Assembly: GCF_022045235.1 (NCBI RefSeq)
Contig: NW_027266264.1
Span: forward strand, 86,676,001-86,740,000
DNA from: Haliotis cracherodii
Lineage: Eukaryota
Direction: 5' to 3'
Length of the DNA: 64,000 bases
Position numbers and translations under genes: made by a program. Shown here piece after piece: positions 38,098-50,850 of this stretch. The notes beneath the pieces are model-generated. The model did not search any database. It saw only the letters and a list, made by a program, of their open reading frames with translations, and was not told the origin of the DNA. How positions within the stretch are numbered: the stretch's first letter is position 1; each line of letters starts with the position of its first letter.

Positions 38098-39746
38098 ATG
38101 GTTAATTGAATTGTCACACCATCCCTCTTTTAAGGCGTGTATAACTGACTCCTGTTACCAGGCATTGGTTTTGTCAATGAATATGTTATGATAAATCAGT
38201 GATCAGTCTAATGACTTAATATCGTGTTGTTCTTTTTGATATCATAACATTTTCACCACTTTATATGAAGCACAGTATTTCTTTCCCGCTCGTATATTAA
38301 TAACATCATTGTATTTTACCATGACATTTGGAAACTCCTGATGTTGACTGCTCGCCGTAATAACATCTCTCTGATTAAAATATTATTTTTTACGACATCC
38401 TCATTTTTAATCGAAAGTACTCCCATCATAAAGGCATGTAATGATAAGTTATATATATTATCAAAGGTAGGGTATTAAAATGTCAACTTCATGTGATTAG
38501 ATTATTCAAGTAAAAGACGAAACATCTTTGAAAGATCATATAAGAAAGTGAATTTCAAATGTCAACGACACCTGAGAGCATGAAACATGGGGCTTCTTTA
38601 GATTGGATCCGTTGTTGGTTCGTGCAGCAGCTTAGAGATTTTATCCACCAGGCGGCGGCACAATACTGTGATTAAAATGTTTGCCATATCTGGCCTAGAG
38701 TCCATAGTACGAATGTAAATAAACGTGGAGGCATGTCGACGCTCGAAAGTTTGTTTTGCTTGATAATATCTATATCTATATCTATATATCTTTTCATTCG
38801 ATGTCGAGGACCTATGAATGCTATCTTTAGTGTTGTCCAATCACAGTCAACGTGACATCGGGCCAGCCATGTTTACTATTTTAGATCAAGTTGTCTTGTC
38901 AAGTAGTTTCACAATAAAAGTCATGTAAGAAGAACAATTTTGCCTCAAAATTAATACATTGCAAATGATTCCGTGTTTTGTCATTGGTTACCAAAGCAAA
39001 AATGCTCCTTTTATGTTTCCATAAAACGAAAAAATAGTCCAAGCCAACTAATGAACTACTGTATCCTGATTGGCTGATAACACAATGGGCGTGGCTTGTG
39101 TTGCATTATTGAGAGGAACTATGTTACTGATTTCGTACTGTTTTCTGCAGGTTTTTTGTGTTAATAAAAAATATAAAGAGTCTGTTCATTTAATTTTGTT
39201 TCATTTATTTAAAATAATTCCCTTCCATATGCCTTTTGCGTCCATGAGGTTATAAACGTAAACTGGTGTGCACATTTTGCGTAAATCCGCCGTGTTTCTG
39301 CTACGTTTATCCCTTCGTTAACGCTAAAACCTATGAATGTCCATAATGAAATAGTTTCGTGAGATTTTAGACTAAACCTTGCAAGCTTCGTTAAAACTTT
39401 TTGTTTGCATGCAGAAAGATACTTTATTTAATACGTTTCGTTATTCAAGAAAACCCGTCCATATTGCCTCTAGAACAAATTCTTAAGACAAACATAATAT
39501 GGTTTGTCGGTGATTCTTTAATTAAGATCGGGTACTCGCTGACATTAGCTTCCTCCGGGGTGCTTCAGTATCCGTGGGCTGTCGTGGTGGGAAGGATATT
39601 AACATGCTATGTTTAATTGTGAGCTGTGTTACCTGTAGTTTTGAAGCTGATATTTATTATGATGAAGTAAGTGCCCTGTCCCGATGATCGGATTTATGTT
39701 CTTCTCGAGCTATTAAAACAATGGCACCTGCAGATTTGAAGCGCTA

Positions 39747-39963
39747 GACCCGTGAAGACCCGGGTTAGAATAAGTCTTCACTAACCCATGTTTGTCGTAA
39801 AAGACGCATGTGCTTGTCGTAAGAGGCGGCTAACGGGATCGGGTGGTCAGGTTCGCTGACTTGATTGTTGCATGTCATCGCATCCCAATGGCGTGGATCG
39901 ATGCTCATGATGTCAATCACTGGATTGTCTGGACCAGATTCGAGTATTACAGACCGCCGTCAT
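39747..39963 (+). mobile_element. SINE-like family A (3'-truncated at CCGCCGTCAT)
   Basis: Complete head and body; tail absent. Confidence 0.88.
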
Positions 39964-40325
39964 CAGGATTACAAAATAAAAATGTTCGACAATAAACTGG
40001 AAAATTAAGTTGTCGATAAAAATACATGTTTGGTTCCCCTTTTACTGACAAAACACTTTTTTGAAGTAAAGACCGAAAAACTTCTCTAATTAACCAACAC
40101 AACACAACAAAATCTTATTTTACTTGAATTACTGTCGTTGCTTTGTGCTCCAGTGTCTCAACCTGCTGTCAGCGACCATGTCCGCCTGTCGGTATCGGTA
40201 GCCACGCCTTCAGGTCATAGACGTATGAATCAAACTTACAGACCCTGCTGACGTGAAGATAAGGTCGTAACACCACTGTCACAGATCAGATCGATTTACG
40301 TCAAAATAATTGAAACCATCATTAT

Positions 40326-40735
40326 ATGATTGTTATGTTGTTTCATTCACAGATTATGTTGTTTCATTGAAGGAGATTGTTTCATTGTTTCATTTGAGAG
40401 ATGGTTATGCTGTTGCATTCGAGAGATTGTTATGTATTTCAGTGGAGGGATTGTTATGTTGTTTCATCAGAGAGATTTTTATGTTGTTTTTGTGGAGAAC
40501 TTATGTTGTTGCATTGGATAGGTTATGTTGTTTCATTGGATAGATTGTATGTTGTTTTTAGTGGAGAGATTATTATGTTGTTTTATTGGAGAGATTGTGT
40601 TGTTTCTGTTCAGAGATTCTTATTTTGTATCATAGGATAGGTCGCTATATAAGTGCAATAATCTTGGACGCGACGTTAAACCCCATTTCACCTCACCTAT
40701 CAAAGGATAGATTGTTATTTTGTTTCATTAGAAAG
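40326..40735. repeat. Degenerate ~26-bp tandem repeat
   Basis: GAGAGATTGTTATGTTGTTTCATTGG-like units. Confidence 0.75.
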
Positions 40736-41809
40736 AAACAAAACAACAAATTGTTACTGGGTCGGAAGTCATGTTGTTCCAGTGAAGTTGTTGTTCTAGA
40801 CACGTGCCTGTCAAGTCGTTAAAATAATCTGAAATGTTCAAATTTAACAAACTGTATGGAGAGAATTCCGAACAGAAAAATACGAGACGAAATGGAATTA
40901 AAATGACATCAGGCAGTTTTATCTGACAATATTGAGAAACATCATCTCGGATAACTTCTCTCCGGCTATGCGTTGTCATACTTGTTCTCAGATTTATGGT
41001 TCTAGAAACATGTTAACCGCAATGTTGTTGATTTACCAGTGGCTTTGGTCGTCAGTGGCTCCAGCTTTCTGCTCCAGGCAGCGACGTGTTCGACTGAAAC
41101 TCCCCCGCTGCGCCGTAGTGGGATGTACCATGCGCTTTAATAGAGCAATAACCTCTCTCAAAGCGGAAAGACTGTGTCAAACTGTGCATTGATTTCTCGC
41201 CATCATACAGTGGTCCGTATGTATGTAAAGCAACGGAAGAGGATTCGCCAACATTGTCTTCAAATGAATATCTACATTTTAACCATAGAAACCAGGGTCC
41301 AAGGTCCCAACACAAACACTACTTCGTACTACTGAACTGTCCAAGTTTCTTTCCACTTTCAGGAATAAAATGTTTTCAATTGCACAAATCCTGATATATA
41401 CGCCAAGAAAAGCAATTACACCCGTTCACACGGTCAGCAGTAGTGGCTGTCACTGGTGCTACTCTACACAAAGAATTGCATCGATCGTTTCAGTTGAATG
41501 CAATATAAAAAGTAACCCTGTTAACAATCACTACATACATGAGTCTCGTCTTTCTGTGGCTAATCTGTTTCAACATGCTCCCAAGGCTCGCTATACGACC
41601 ATCCTACTCAATAGTATGTACCATACTCCCACAAGCCGTCTTGCTGTGAACATTCCAGACAGGATGTGAGAGTTTTCTCGCTGTGATGTAACAAACTATA
41701 TTCGCGACCCTTTTCTATCACTTCAATAATAACTGTCAGATATTTCATCTGAGAGAAAACCCTATTTCACGATAGTGTTCCAGCCTCAGCTCTTTCAGTG
41801 GGAGAACGG

Positions 41810-42064
41810 GTGTCCGGTCATGTGAGGCGCCCTAATGTGTTGTGTCGGGCGGCGTCACATAGGCATGTCCGAAACATATGATCGAGGGTTCGAATCCCAT
41901 GTTCCGATTCTTTTTGTTTGTTTGTCAGCACCATACCCTTGCTTGTGGGTTTCACCAAAGTGGTAGACATGTGAGACCTGCATCACTTCAGGCTTTCCTC
42001 CCACATCAAGCTGACACGCCGTGATATAATGCAATACTGTGTTGAACTCACTCACTCATCACTC
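41810..42064 (+). mobile_element. tRNA-derived SINE family C
   Basis: GGGTTCGAATCCC, GTTTGTCAGCACCATACCC..GTGGGTTTCACC..GAGACCTGCATCACTTC, (ACTC)n tail. Confidence 0.85.
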
Positions 42065-42376
42065 AGTAGTCCCATGTCGGTACAAGCCACAGTCATGTAT
42101 AGAGTGTCGACGGCGAAATGAGCGGAAACAATACCGTCTCTGAGGTTGTACGGCAACCACGCCATTTCAGTTGATTGTGCATCTAGGGAGGAGACTGGCG
42201 TATCTTATACTAGGTAGGCGATTATCCCACAGAACAAGCAGTGATATACTGCTGAAAGTCCGGAGACTCTTTTATATAGAAGAATGGTTACCATGCCCTG
42301 AGACGACATACAATAAAGGTGCGGGCTGATTTGACTCCGATCTAAACGCCCGACCCGCTCATGGCTAGCGTCCGTT

Positions 42377-42532
42377 CATAGGCGGATCCAGAGGGGGTGG
42401 GGATTGGGGGGTGGTGTCTAGGGGTTCTGGACCCCCCTCCCCAATCCCCTTTTGAAAACCAAATGTAGTAGGTTGTAGGCAGGAATATGATCTGAGAGAG
42501 GATTTTACATATTTCGGCTGGATCCGCCCTTG
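42377..42532. mobile_element. MITE, copy 2
   Basis: TIRs CATAGGCGGATCCAG / CTGGATCCGCCCTTG; CCGTT on both flanks; core shared with 5087-5248. Confidence 0.75.
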
Positions 42533-42562
42533 CCGTTTATGCTTAATCTTTCTATTTGGAGA

Positions 42563-42714
42563 ACGCGCGAGTGTTGTGCGCCGTTTTTTGGCAATATTTC
42601 AGCAATAACACAGCCCAGGAACCCAAGAATGTGCTTTAAACAGTCTTCTCATGAAGGGAATTGAACCCTAGACTAAGGCATGACGAGTCAACGCGTTAAC
42701 TACTGAGCTACCCC
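42563..42714 (-). mobile_element. Decayed SINE family B
   Basis: Reverse complement has GGGGTAGCTCAGTAGTTAACGCGTTGACTCGTCATG..GGGTTCAATTCCC. Confidence 0.65.
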
Positions 42715-42875
42715 GTGCTTCATTCAATCATGTGAGCAATTACATAATACTAAAACAGCATATGGGGCATGAATTTGTGGTTGCTATGAACCCGACACAG
42801 AGACGTCGGCGATAGATGGAATGATCCCATGACCATGACCCAATGACGTACATGGGAGATTGCTGTTGATAAGAT

Positions 42876-43028
42876 GGTCGGTGGGGTAGACTAATGGTTA
42901 AAGCCGTCGCGCCGTAGATCCGGGTTCGACATCCCACATTGGCAAAGTTTGTGAAGCCCCTTTCTGGTGCCCCCCGCCGTGATATTGCTGGAATATAGCC
43001 CAAACGGCGTAAAACCATACTCACTCAC
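42876..43028 (+). mobile_element. tRNA-derived SINE family B
   Basis: GTGGGGTAGACTAATGGTTAAAGC..CCGGGTTCGACATCCC..CGGCGTAAAACCATACTCACTCA. Confidence 0.85.
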
Positions 43029-43959
43029 CCTCTGGTGACAGTATAACTCACCCCTTGGATGTTCACTCGGCTGGACTGGGTTCATCTTGTAGATCTCGGC
43101 CAGAATTGGCGGGAATCCATACCCGAACTAGCTTCTTGCGCGTGACATTCACATGACACAACACACCACGATATCTATCGTGAACCTAGAAATTAAAATG
43201 TATGCACAATTTTCATTATGCAGAGAATAACCTGTCTTACAGAAACGTTCTATACGAACTACATGCGGCGGGATCTTGCATAACACGGTTGACGGTGAAC
43301 TCGTGCAATATCACTACGCCACTGCTGCCTGAGATATCCTGTCGGAAGCGAAATAAGCCGAGCGCACCGGATATTATTTTCATTTTGACAGAAAGGTCCA
43401 GAGTCGCCATCGGGAGGAATGGGTGGACAACATGTCCTTGGAAATAAGAGATGTTAAATTGACAAACACGACAAACCGTTCGATGTGTAGAAGATAATGA
43501 CACTTAATAATAAAACCTGGCCACACAATTCCCGAAGCTGGCCTTCATCGTGGAAGGGATGCTTATTTTCCCTGGTACTTTTTTCTGTTATTCCTGAAAA
43601 TTGCATATCTAAAGACGACGCCAGGCAGTACAGTGTAGCTGCAAACTGCACCTTATCGTATTTTTCATATGTCACCATGGCAGATATATTTATCAAAAGA
43701 AGAATGTAGACGTTTTTCATCCAGCACTTGGGGCGCCTCATATATCGCTGTCGTTGTGTCTGTTTTTAACCGGGTTACTTCAATTGTACTTCTTGTTGTA
43801 AGTTTACATGGCGATACCTCGTAAATAATTAACCCTTTCCCCTCCGCTCATCGCTTCATATCACCATCCTAGTAAGCTACAGGCTTTGCTCAGTGGACGG
43901 CCACATTGTATCCCTGTTGTATTGTAGGCGCTTGATACAAAGGCGTTGATGGGAGCTCG

Positions 43960-44290
43960 AGACATTGGTCAACATTCATGTGTTTAACATACCTAACTGC
44001 TGTACGCTGAACGTCAGTCAATACCCAAAGTCTGGTAACATAAACAGATTAAAGTGAAATGGCACACGTCTTCGCCATGATCGTGCTTATAAAATGTACA
44101 AAATCTTTCTTCTGCAGGAATCTTGAAGTGGTGAGAACCACATCTAAAGCGGCCCATGGTGCTTCCAGATATATTGCATGATATCATTGTGATGTGAAAG
44201 GCTTGCTGATACAAGGGTGATACTGACATCCAATACTGCCAGTCCTGTTCATACGATAATTTTAGTCTCATGACAGATTTTTCGCTTAAC
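43960..44290 (-). mobile_element. Non-LTR retrotransposon ORF2 C-terminal remnant
   Basis: GRFRCGSHHFKI..EERFCTFY..EDVCHFTLICLCYQTL resembles the decayed C-terminal cysteine/histidine knuckle region (RFRxxxHxL..R.C..C..EDExHFLLxC) of LINE ORF2 proteins. Confidence 0.75.
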
Positions 44291-44384
44291 TTTGGGATAC
44301 TTTGAATATACGGCGCGGCCCTGATTGAAAGGCCGAACCTTTTCTTACGATAGTGCTACACATGCTTAGCGTATTAGATTAGAT

Positions 44385-44711
44385 ATGCGTGCATGCGTCT
44401 GTGTGCATGCGTTCGTGCGTGCATGTGCANNNNNNNNNNNNNNNNNNNNNNNNNNNNNNNNNNNNNNNNNNNNNNNNNNNNNNNNNNNNNNNNNNNNNNN
44501 NNNNNNNNNNNNNNNNNNNNNNNNNNNNNNNNNNNNNNNNNNNNNNNNNNNNNNNNNNNNNNNNNNNNNNNNNNNNNNNNGAGTTGAATGTATGTATGCA
44601 TGTGCGTATGTGTTTTGTGTGTATGTGTGTTTTGTGTGTGTGTGCGTGCGTGTGCGTGCTTTGAATGTGTGTGTATGTGTGTGTGTGTGCGCGCGGGTGT
44701 GTGTGCGTGTG
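44385..44711. repeat. (TG)/(TGCG) microsatellite spanning assembly gap 44430-44580
   Basis: Read directly; N run inside. Confidence 0.9.
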
Positions 44712-45699
44712 AGTTCCGACTTCATTATGTACTAAGTGTACATCCACGCTTGTCAGTCTGTTGTTGTTATATAATATCAAAGTACACGTCGACAGCTGTA
44801 AGTGACGTTGAGGACACAGTTCATGGTGGCGTATTGCATGTCCAGGCCCCGCTCTACAAAGCCATATCAATGCCAAGTGAAGTGCGACCTGCCTAGTGAC
44901 TCGTACTGTGTGACGGGCTCAGGACTGGACCTATAAGGTCGAGACAGACGGAGGAGGAACATCACACTTGTCTTTCTCACAGGACGTGAGCGCTGTCCAT
45001 GCTGAACCGGACGTTGGTAGGTAGCAACTACAATTTGCTCACTGAACCGTGAAAAAATGTAATTTCACCTTAGCACATGAAGCGTGTTTAGGCAAGTGTT
45101 AAGTCCTTTGAATAAAATATTGAACTACATCTGACATATAGCATACACCATGGATCGTCCGGACGAGAGTCATAATGGTATGTATATATAACACTCAATA
45201 ATCAGTTTCTTATGTTTAATTTACTTTTCATATCATTTGGTGCGATAGCGACGAGTCGAAATTTAGGTGTTTTCAGCGTGATTACGACATTATCAATTCA
45301 TACTCGCGTACTCAGGTAGTGTTAAGTATAGCTGTATTGGGCTATTATTTCATTTATATCAATGAAAAACTATGATAAATATATCCTGAGATAGTTGACC
45401 AAAACGATTGTATTATGTCTTGTTTCTGTCTTTCAAATTACCGATAAGCCAAAAAACCGAGGTCATAGCCTTCTAGGAATGATTAGAGCCATTATACATT
45501 GCTATATCTGATAGCAGTGAATGCCCTTCACATACAGAGACAGGCCAGGGTTTTAGATTTGTACGTCTTCAGACGTGATTCCCATATTAAACCATGTTTC
45601 CTTTTGGCGTAAGGAACTGGCGTAAATTAATACACATGACTAATTATTTGCCTCCATATTCTGAAAAAAACGAACAACCTCACATTGGTGTTGAAGACG

Positions 45700-47560
45700 C
45701 ATAAAAGAACTAGGTATGTGCGACCTATGAAATACCACATACTAGTGAAAAGCCAGTATGTTAAGTGGGGAAGAAATCTGCCCAAACCATGCATCGGTAC
45801 TACCAACTACTACTACTGGATTCCAAAGTTCCACAAAAATTCGTACAAGGAGAGGTTAATTGCTGGATCCAGAACATGTAGCACCAAATCTCTGTCTCAA
45901 AGATTAATGTTACGTGTCGATTCACAAATCGAAACAATAATGTTTACCCAGAAATCTGTACGTAAAAGAACTTAGAGTGAAACCAACCCATGGTATATAA
46001 TCAACTAATGTAAGACAAAAGCTTCCGAGATGTGCTAGGCAGGGATTCCGGTGTGATCTCCACACGAAAGCTGGTCTTGATGTCTTCTCAAATGAAAATA
46101 TGTGAGACATACGTAAACACGCTCTTGTTCCCTTATAAACAGCCTTACTAGCCACCGGAAAATTTCTACAGAGTACCCTCACCAGTCTACCGGCACTAGA
46201 ACATTACAGAATATTCTGTAAGCTTACATGCCCCACTAGCATCGAAATATAGTAACTTCCTGACGACTGCCTTAATTAAACAGTACCACATTCCCGACGA
46301 CTAATCACTGCGCAAACACAATGCAATAAGCGTCCACCAAATCTCAACAGAAACACTACACCACAACCATTGTAAAACAACACTGCACAGCTACAACCAT
46401 TGTAAAACAACACTGCACAGCCACAACCATTGTAAAAATACATTGCACAGCCACAACCATAATAAAACGACACTGCACAGCCACAACCATTGTAAAACAA
46501 CAAAATACATCGCCATATAACAACAATCAAGGAAGAACCATCTTTAAATTCACAGAAGGTATTTGATACAAGTGGAATTAATATCATGTGGATTCTCATA
46601 ACGTCAGGGATGTGCTTGATTTGTACCCTCTCAGAAAAGAACCAAGTTCTTGTTTGTCAAAACATTTTATGTTCAACTTTGTACAACCCCTTTTCCCAGA
46701 CGACAAACTTAAGGAAAACTTCACTCCTTGATCCATTTGGGGCATTTGTTACTAAACTTGGTGCTCATTGTTACATGTCCTATCTTCCAAGGTTCGGGAC
46801 AAAAACAAATTGTCCAAAATAAAAGCAGTTGTCATCTGAAGTTAACTGAGAAAACAATATGTGAAATACTGGACTTCCTTATTAATAACATCTTTGTGAA
46901 ATTCATAAGTAGGGCACGAAGTGGGCATCACCAATTGTGCTCCCGTTCTGATTGAACTGTTCCGTTATGCGTATGAATACTATTTCGAATTTTTGCTCGG
47001 ATTGGTAAAATCAAAACAAGGTAAAATGGCTAAGTAGTTTAACTTTGTCGATTTGATATCGTTCAACAATGGTCAAATAGCGATTGATTTAGCCACCAGA
47101 ACTAGAAATAAAGGGGGCCATTAACACTGACTCATCTTCTATTTGGATATGCATACAATTTCAGCGTGACAACACACTACACGTGACACAAGACAAGAAG
47201 GGTGACTTAACTGTCCAGCAGTCAACTCCCCCCCCCCCCTCCCCCCCCTTATGTCGCCTCCAGCCTTAGGTGTCTACATTACACCACGTTTGAGGTATAA
47301 TCGAGCATGCTCTTCCTGCAAAGGTTGAATGGAGCGTCTCACGACTCTTGCTGAAACTTTGTTTCATCAAGTTTAAGACACGTGGAGGGCATTTCATAAT
47401 TTGACGCATCACTAACAAAAATTATGTCTGATGCAATTCCCCATTTTTACTTGTACCATGTTCCCGTGTTTGTTTTCATGTTTGCCTTTGCATGTGTTTG
47501 TGACGGGTGTCACCGGTGGGGCAGGATACGCTCACCTTTCCGCGAACACCAGGTATCATA
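45700..47560 (+). mobile_element. Decayed Penelope-like retroelement reverse transcriptase, interrupted
   Basis: YWIPKFHKNSYKERLIAGSRTCSTKSLS; after an insert, SGINIMWIL, STLY, ICEILDFLINNIFVKF, TNCAPVL..LFRYAYE, PELEIK, YLD, PALGVYI..LRYNRACS; GC-rich 3' block GTGACGGGTGTCACCGGT..ACGCTCACC; many frameshifts. Confidence 0.85.
46350..46503. repeat. 30-bp minisatellite inside the Penelope-like remnant
   Basis: CACTGCACAGCCACAACCATTGTAAAACAA x5. Confidence 0.9.
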
Positions 47561-48269
47561 GTGATTCGAAATACTTGCTTACAATATTGTCGGAATCGCA
47601 CAATGGATCCTGCCTTTATAAGAGATTTGATGGTGATGGAAATGGGTATTCAACAAGTGAGTTAAAACCGTATTTCGCAACGCCACGTGAGTAAGTTTGC
47701 AGCTATTTGCGTCCAAAACATGGTAGTTGAAATAACGTTCTAAAATGTCTTCAACAAGAAAAGTTTTAATCAATATCACTGCTGTGTAATCTGTTCAAAT
47801 AAGTATGACATTCTTATACCAACTACCCAGACAGTATTATTCCAACGAAAGGGGTACATTTGTTCATACAGCTGACTACCACCAACTCTTACAGATATAT
47901 ATCCATCACACAAAGGTTACAGATTGATACAAAAGCTAAAATAGCCTTATAAAGCTAAAAGTGACACGAAAGTTGGCTGGTATGAATTAATGATGCTTTC
48001 ACGCGGCCAAGCACTTAGTTTTCGATTCGTCGCTCTCGTGCCAAATGACATTATTTTTTTATTGAGTGTTGTTTATAAATACTATAACGATTATGGTCGT
48101 CCGCCCCTTGGTGCTGGATACATGCTAGATTTAGTTTAACAGTTTAATTAAAAGGGCGAAAAACTTGTCAAAATCATGCTTCATGTGCTCGAGTGAAATC
48201 AGATTATTTACTGTCAAGCGAGGAAATGGTAGTAGCTACGTATCGACTCCCGGTTTGGTACTATTGTGT

Positions 48270-49095
48270 ATTGTCTATACCGGTGTGTTACTCTACAAGT
48301 CTATACTCGTGTGTTACTCTACACAGTCTATACTCGTGTGTTACTCTACAAGTCTATACTCGTGTTTTACTCTACACAGTCTATACTCGCGTGTTACTCA
48401 ACATAGTCTATACTTGCGTGTGTTACTCTACATGGTCTATACTCGCGTGTTACTCTACACGGTCTATACCCGCGTGTTACTCTAAACAGTCTATACTGGC
48501 GTGTAACTCTACAAAAGACAACGCATGTGTTATTCTGCACGGTCTGTACTCATGTATTACTCTTCACAGTCTATACTCGCGTGTTACTCTACACAGTCTA
48601 TACTCGCGTGTAACTCTACATAGACTATAGGCATGTGTTATTCTACAGTTTATGACCTCGCGTGTTACTCTACATAGTCTATACTCGCGTGTGTTGCTTT
48701 ACATAGTTTATACTCGCGTGTCTTAATCTTTACACCCGTGCGTGACTCCACATAGTCTTTACGCTCGCGTGTAACTCCTCACCCGTGAAGAATAGGTCTT
48801 CAGCAACCTATGCTTGTCGGAAAAGGCGACTAACGGGATCGTGTGGTCAGGCTCGCTAACTTGGCTAGTGCATGTCATCGTATTCAAATTGCTGTTGATC
48901 GATGTTCATGATATCAATCACTGGCTTGTCTATGTGCGCCATCTAGCGGGATATTGCCGAGTGCGGCGTTAAACAACAAACAAAGCGTGTCTATGCCCTC
49001 GCGTGTTTGTCAACATGGCCTATATACTCGCGTGCTACTCCACATAGTGTATTCCCTTCGTGTGTTACACTACATAGTCAATTCCCTCGCGTGGC
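48270..49095. repeat. 27-bp degenerate minisatellite
   Basis: GTCTATACTCGCGTGTTACTCTACACA units, split by a family A copy. Confidence 0.88.
48781..48984 (+). mobile_element. SINE-like family A (single-hairpin variant)
   Basis: ACCCGTGAAGAATAGGTCTTCAGCAACC..GGCGACTAACGGGATC..GCGGCGTTAAACAACAAAC. Confidence 0.85.
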
Positions 49096-50549
49096 TACAA
49101 TTGTCAAATAGTCATATTCATGTCTTTACTTTCTTTATTAGTTGGTTAGTTATGGCACATTGATGGAAGACAAGGGGAGATGGGCCTGTATAGCACCCCA
49201 AGGGCGATAATCCTCCGTCGACAAACGCAAACGAGAATGCGTGACATAGTTACTGCCAGGTTGCTGTCAATGTAACTCGACTGGGCACTTACTGACACAG
49301 ATATACAGCTGTGTGTGTCATACTGTACATGTAGCTGTAACACAAGGTATCACACGACTTGAACTGTTGCCGTGTTATGTCTCTGCCTATCATAGCCGAC
49401 CGTTTGCTTGGTTATACATGTACTTGTCCGAAAAAATAATTAATACATCGGTCATAATTAATTTTCAAAAATGTGAAATAATGACCTACAATTTCCTTTT
49501 GATGCATAACATATTCAGAAACAATGTATAACTAACTGTATCATTAGTAGAGTTCAGTGTTTATCCGAAAAATATTTTACACAACTTTATCCGATAAGTA
49601 CATGAGCACTTGTCATCTTGTTGAGTCATGTTGTAAATATACCTTGAAGAATTGTATTGCGCATGTAGCAGAGCTGCTGGCCACCTAGGGTGAGTAAAAG
49701 CTTCTTGTTGATAACGCTGCCATTAATATTTCCGTTATCGGAAGCTTTTTATTTCTTCTGATGAATATATTCATCATGTACAAAAAAACAAACCCATAAA
49801 TATACATAAAATGTTACTGTTCTAGTGAGGTTGGCTTTAAATGCAATATTGTAGACTTGATCATTCCTGTAAATATAAGTATTCCGTGAATAAGATATGT
49901 ATGTGAAACACCAGTTGTAAAATAGACAAATGTTGTGGATCATAATTACACAGTCCACGGTACGTAGGCCGAGTCCCATTGTATTAATTATATAGTAATG
50001 TGAATAATTTATTATGCGATGAATCATCGACACATATGGAACATATTTCTTGTTTCATATTTACTAATACCATATCGATATTCTTTTCAGTAATTGTCAT
50101 TTATCTATGATAATTGATTATATCGAATGGCATAAGGATTTATCTGGATCTAGATACGGGACTGCCTTTGTTAGAGCGTCACAGGGAGATCGCATTGCCG
50201 CCTTAGTCATAATGAGTGAACGACAAGAAGCCAAACAAAGACTCGCGAAATGTACTGCCAGTGATAGTTTTGAGGTACTTTTGACAACTATCACCATCTG
50301 ACCGTGGCTTTCATTTCATCCAGTACTAATTACATATTTCAGCTGAGCACGTGGGTCAGAAAATGTTATTGACAGATGTTAATTTCAAAATGATGTTGTT
50401 CCTTCAAACAATGCACTAGGTTTATTGACCGGGTGCGTATAATGAAGCTACGCTCGCGCATTGTTAGCTCAAAAGTGATCAACTCCATTTTAGGGCATTG
50501 GACTAAATTGATTCATTTATGAAAATTAAGTAACTTTAAAAGTTTCGGG

Positions 50550-50850
50550 ATCTCTCGGCGTGGAGCGTGGAGTGGTTGTTTCCCATTCATCTTGCGGGAC
50601 AATGACAGCGAATTGCGAATGTTGGTTTCTGATTGGTCAGAGGCGTGTCAATTTCATCTGACTCATCAATAACAGAGCCACGTGCTCGCGCTCGGCAGAA
50701 CAGCTCAGAGAGAGTGTATTCGCGACGGGCGAAGTTCTGCGCTACTGCAGGGGTCGTGAGCGAAAGCTGGGATTTGAGCTATGCGCCGGATTAGGGTACC
50801 CGCATTCTGTCAACGCAGATCCATTGACCAATCCAGCTCGGACTAAACTT
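50550..50850 (+). promoter_or_regulatory. Putative CpG-rich promoter
   Basis: Non-repetitive CpG-rich patch with inverted CCAAT (ATTGG 50632-50636), AP-1-like TGACTCA (50659-50665), E-box CACGTG (50679-50684) and CCAAT (50828-50832), upstream of a signal-peptide exon. Confidence 0.55.

Noticed and set aside
43237-43741. THAP-like or transposase-like fragments (also PRCAVVGC at ~41103)
   Set aside because: The C2CH motif cannot be assembled convincingly; similarity is too weak to call by eye
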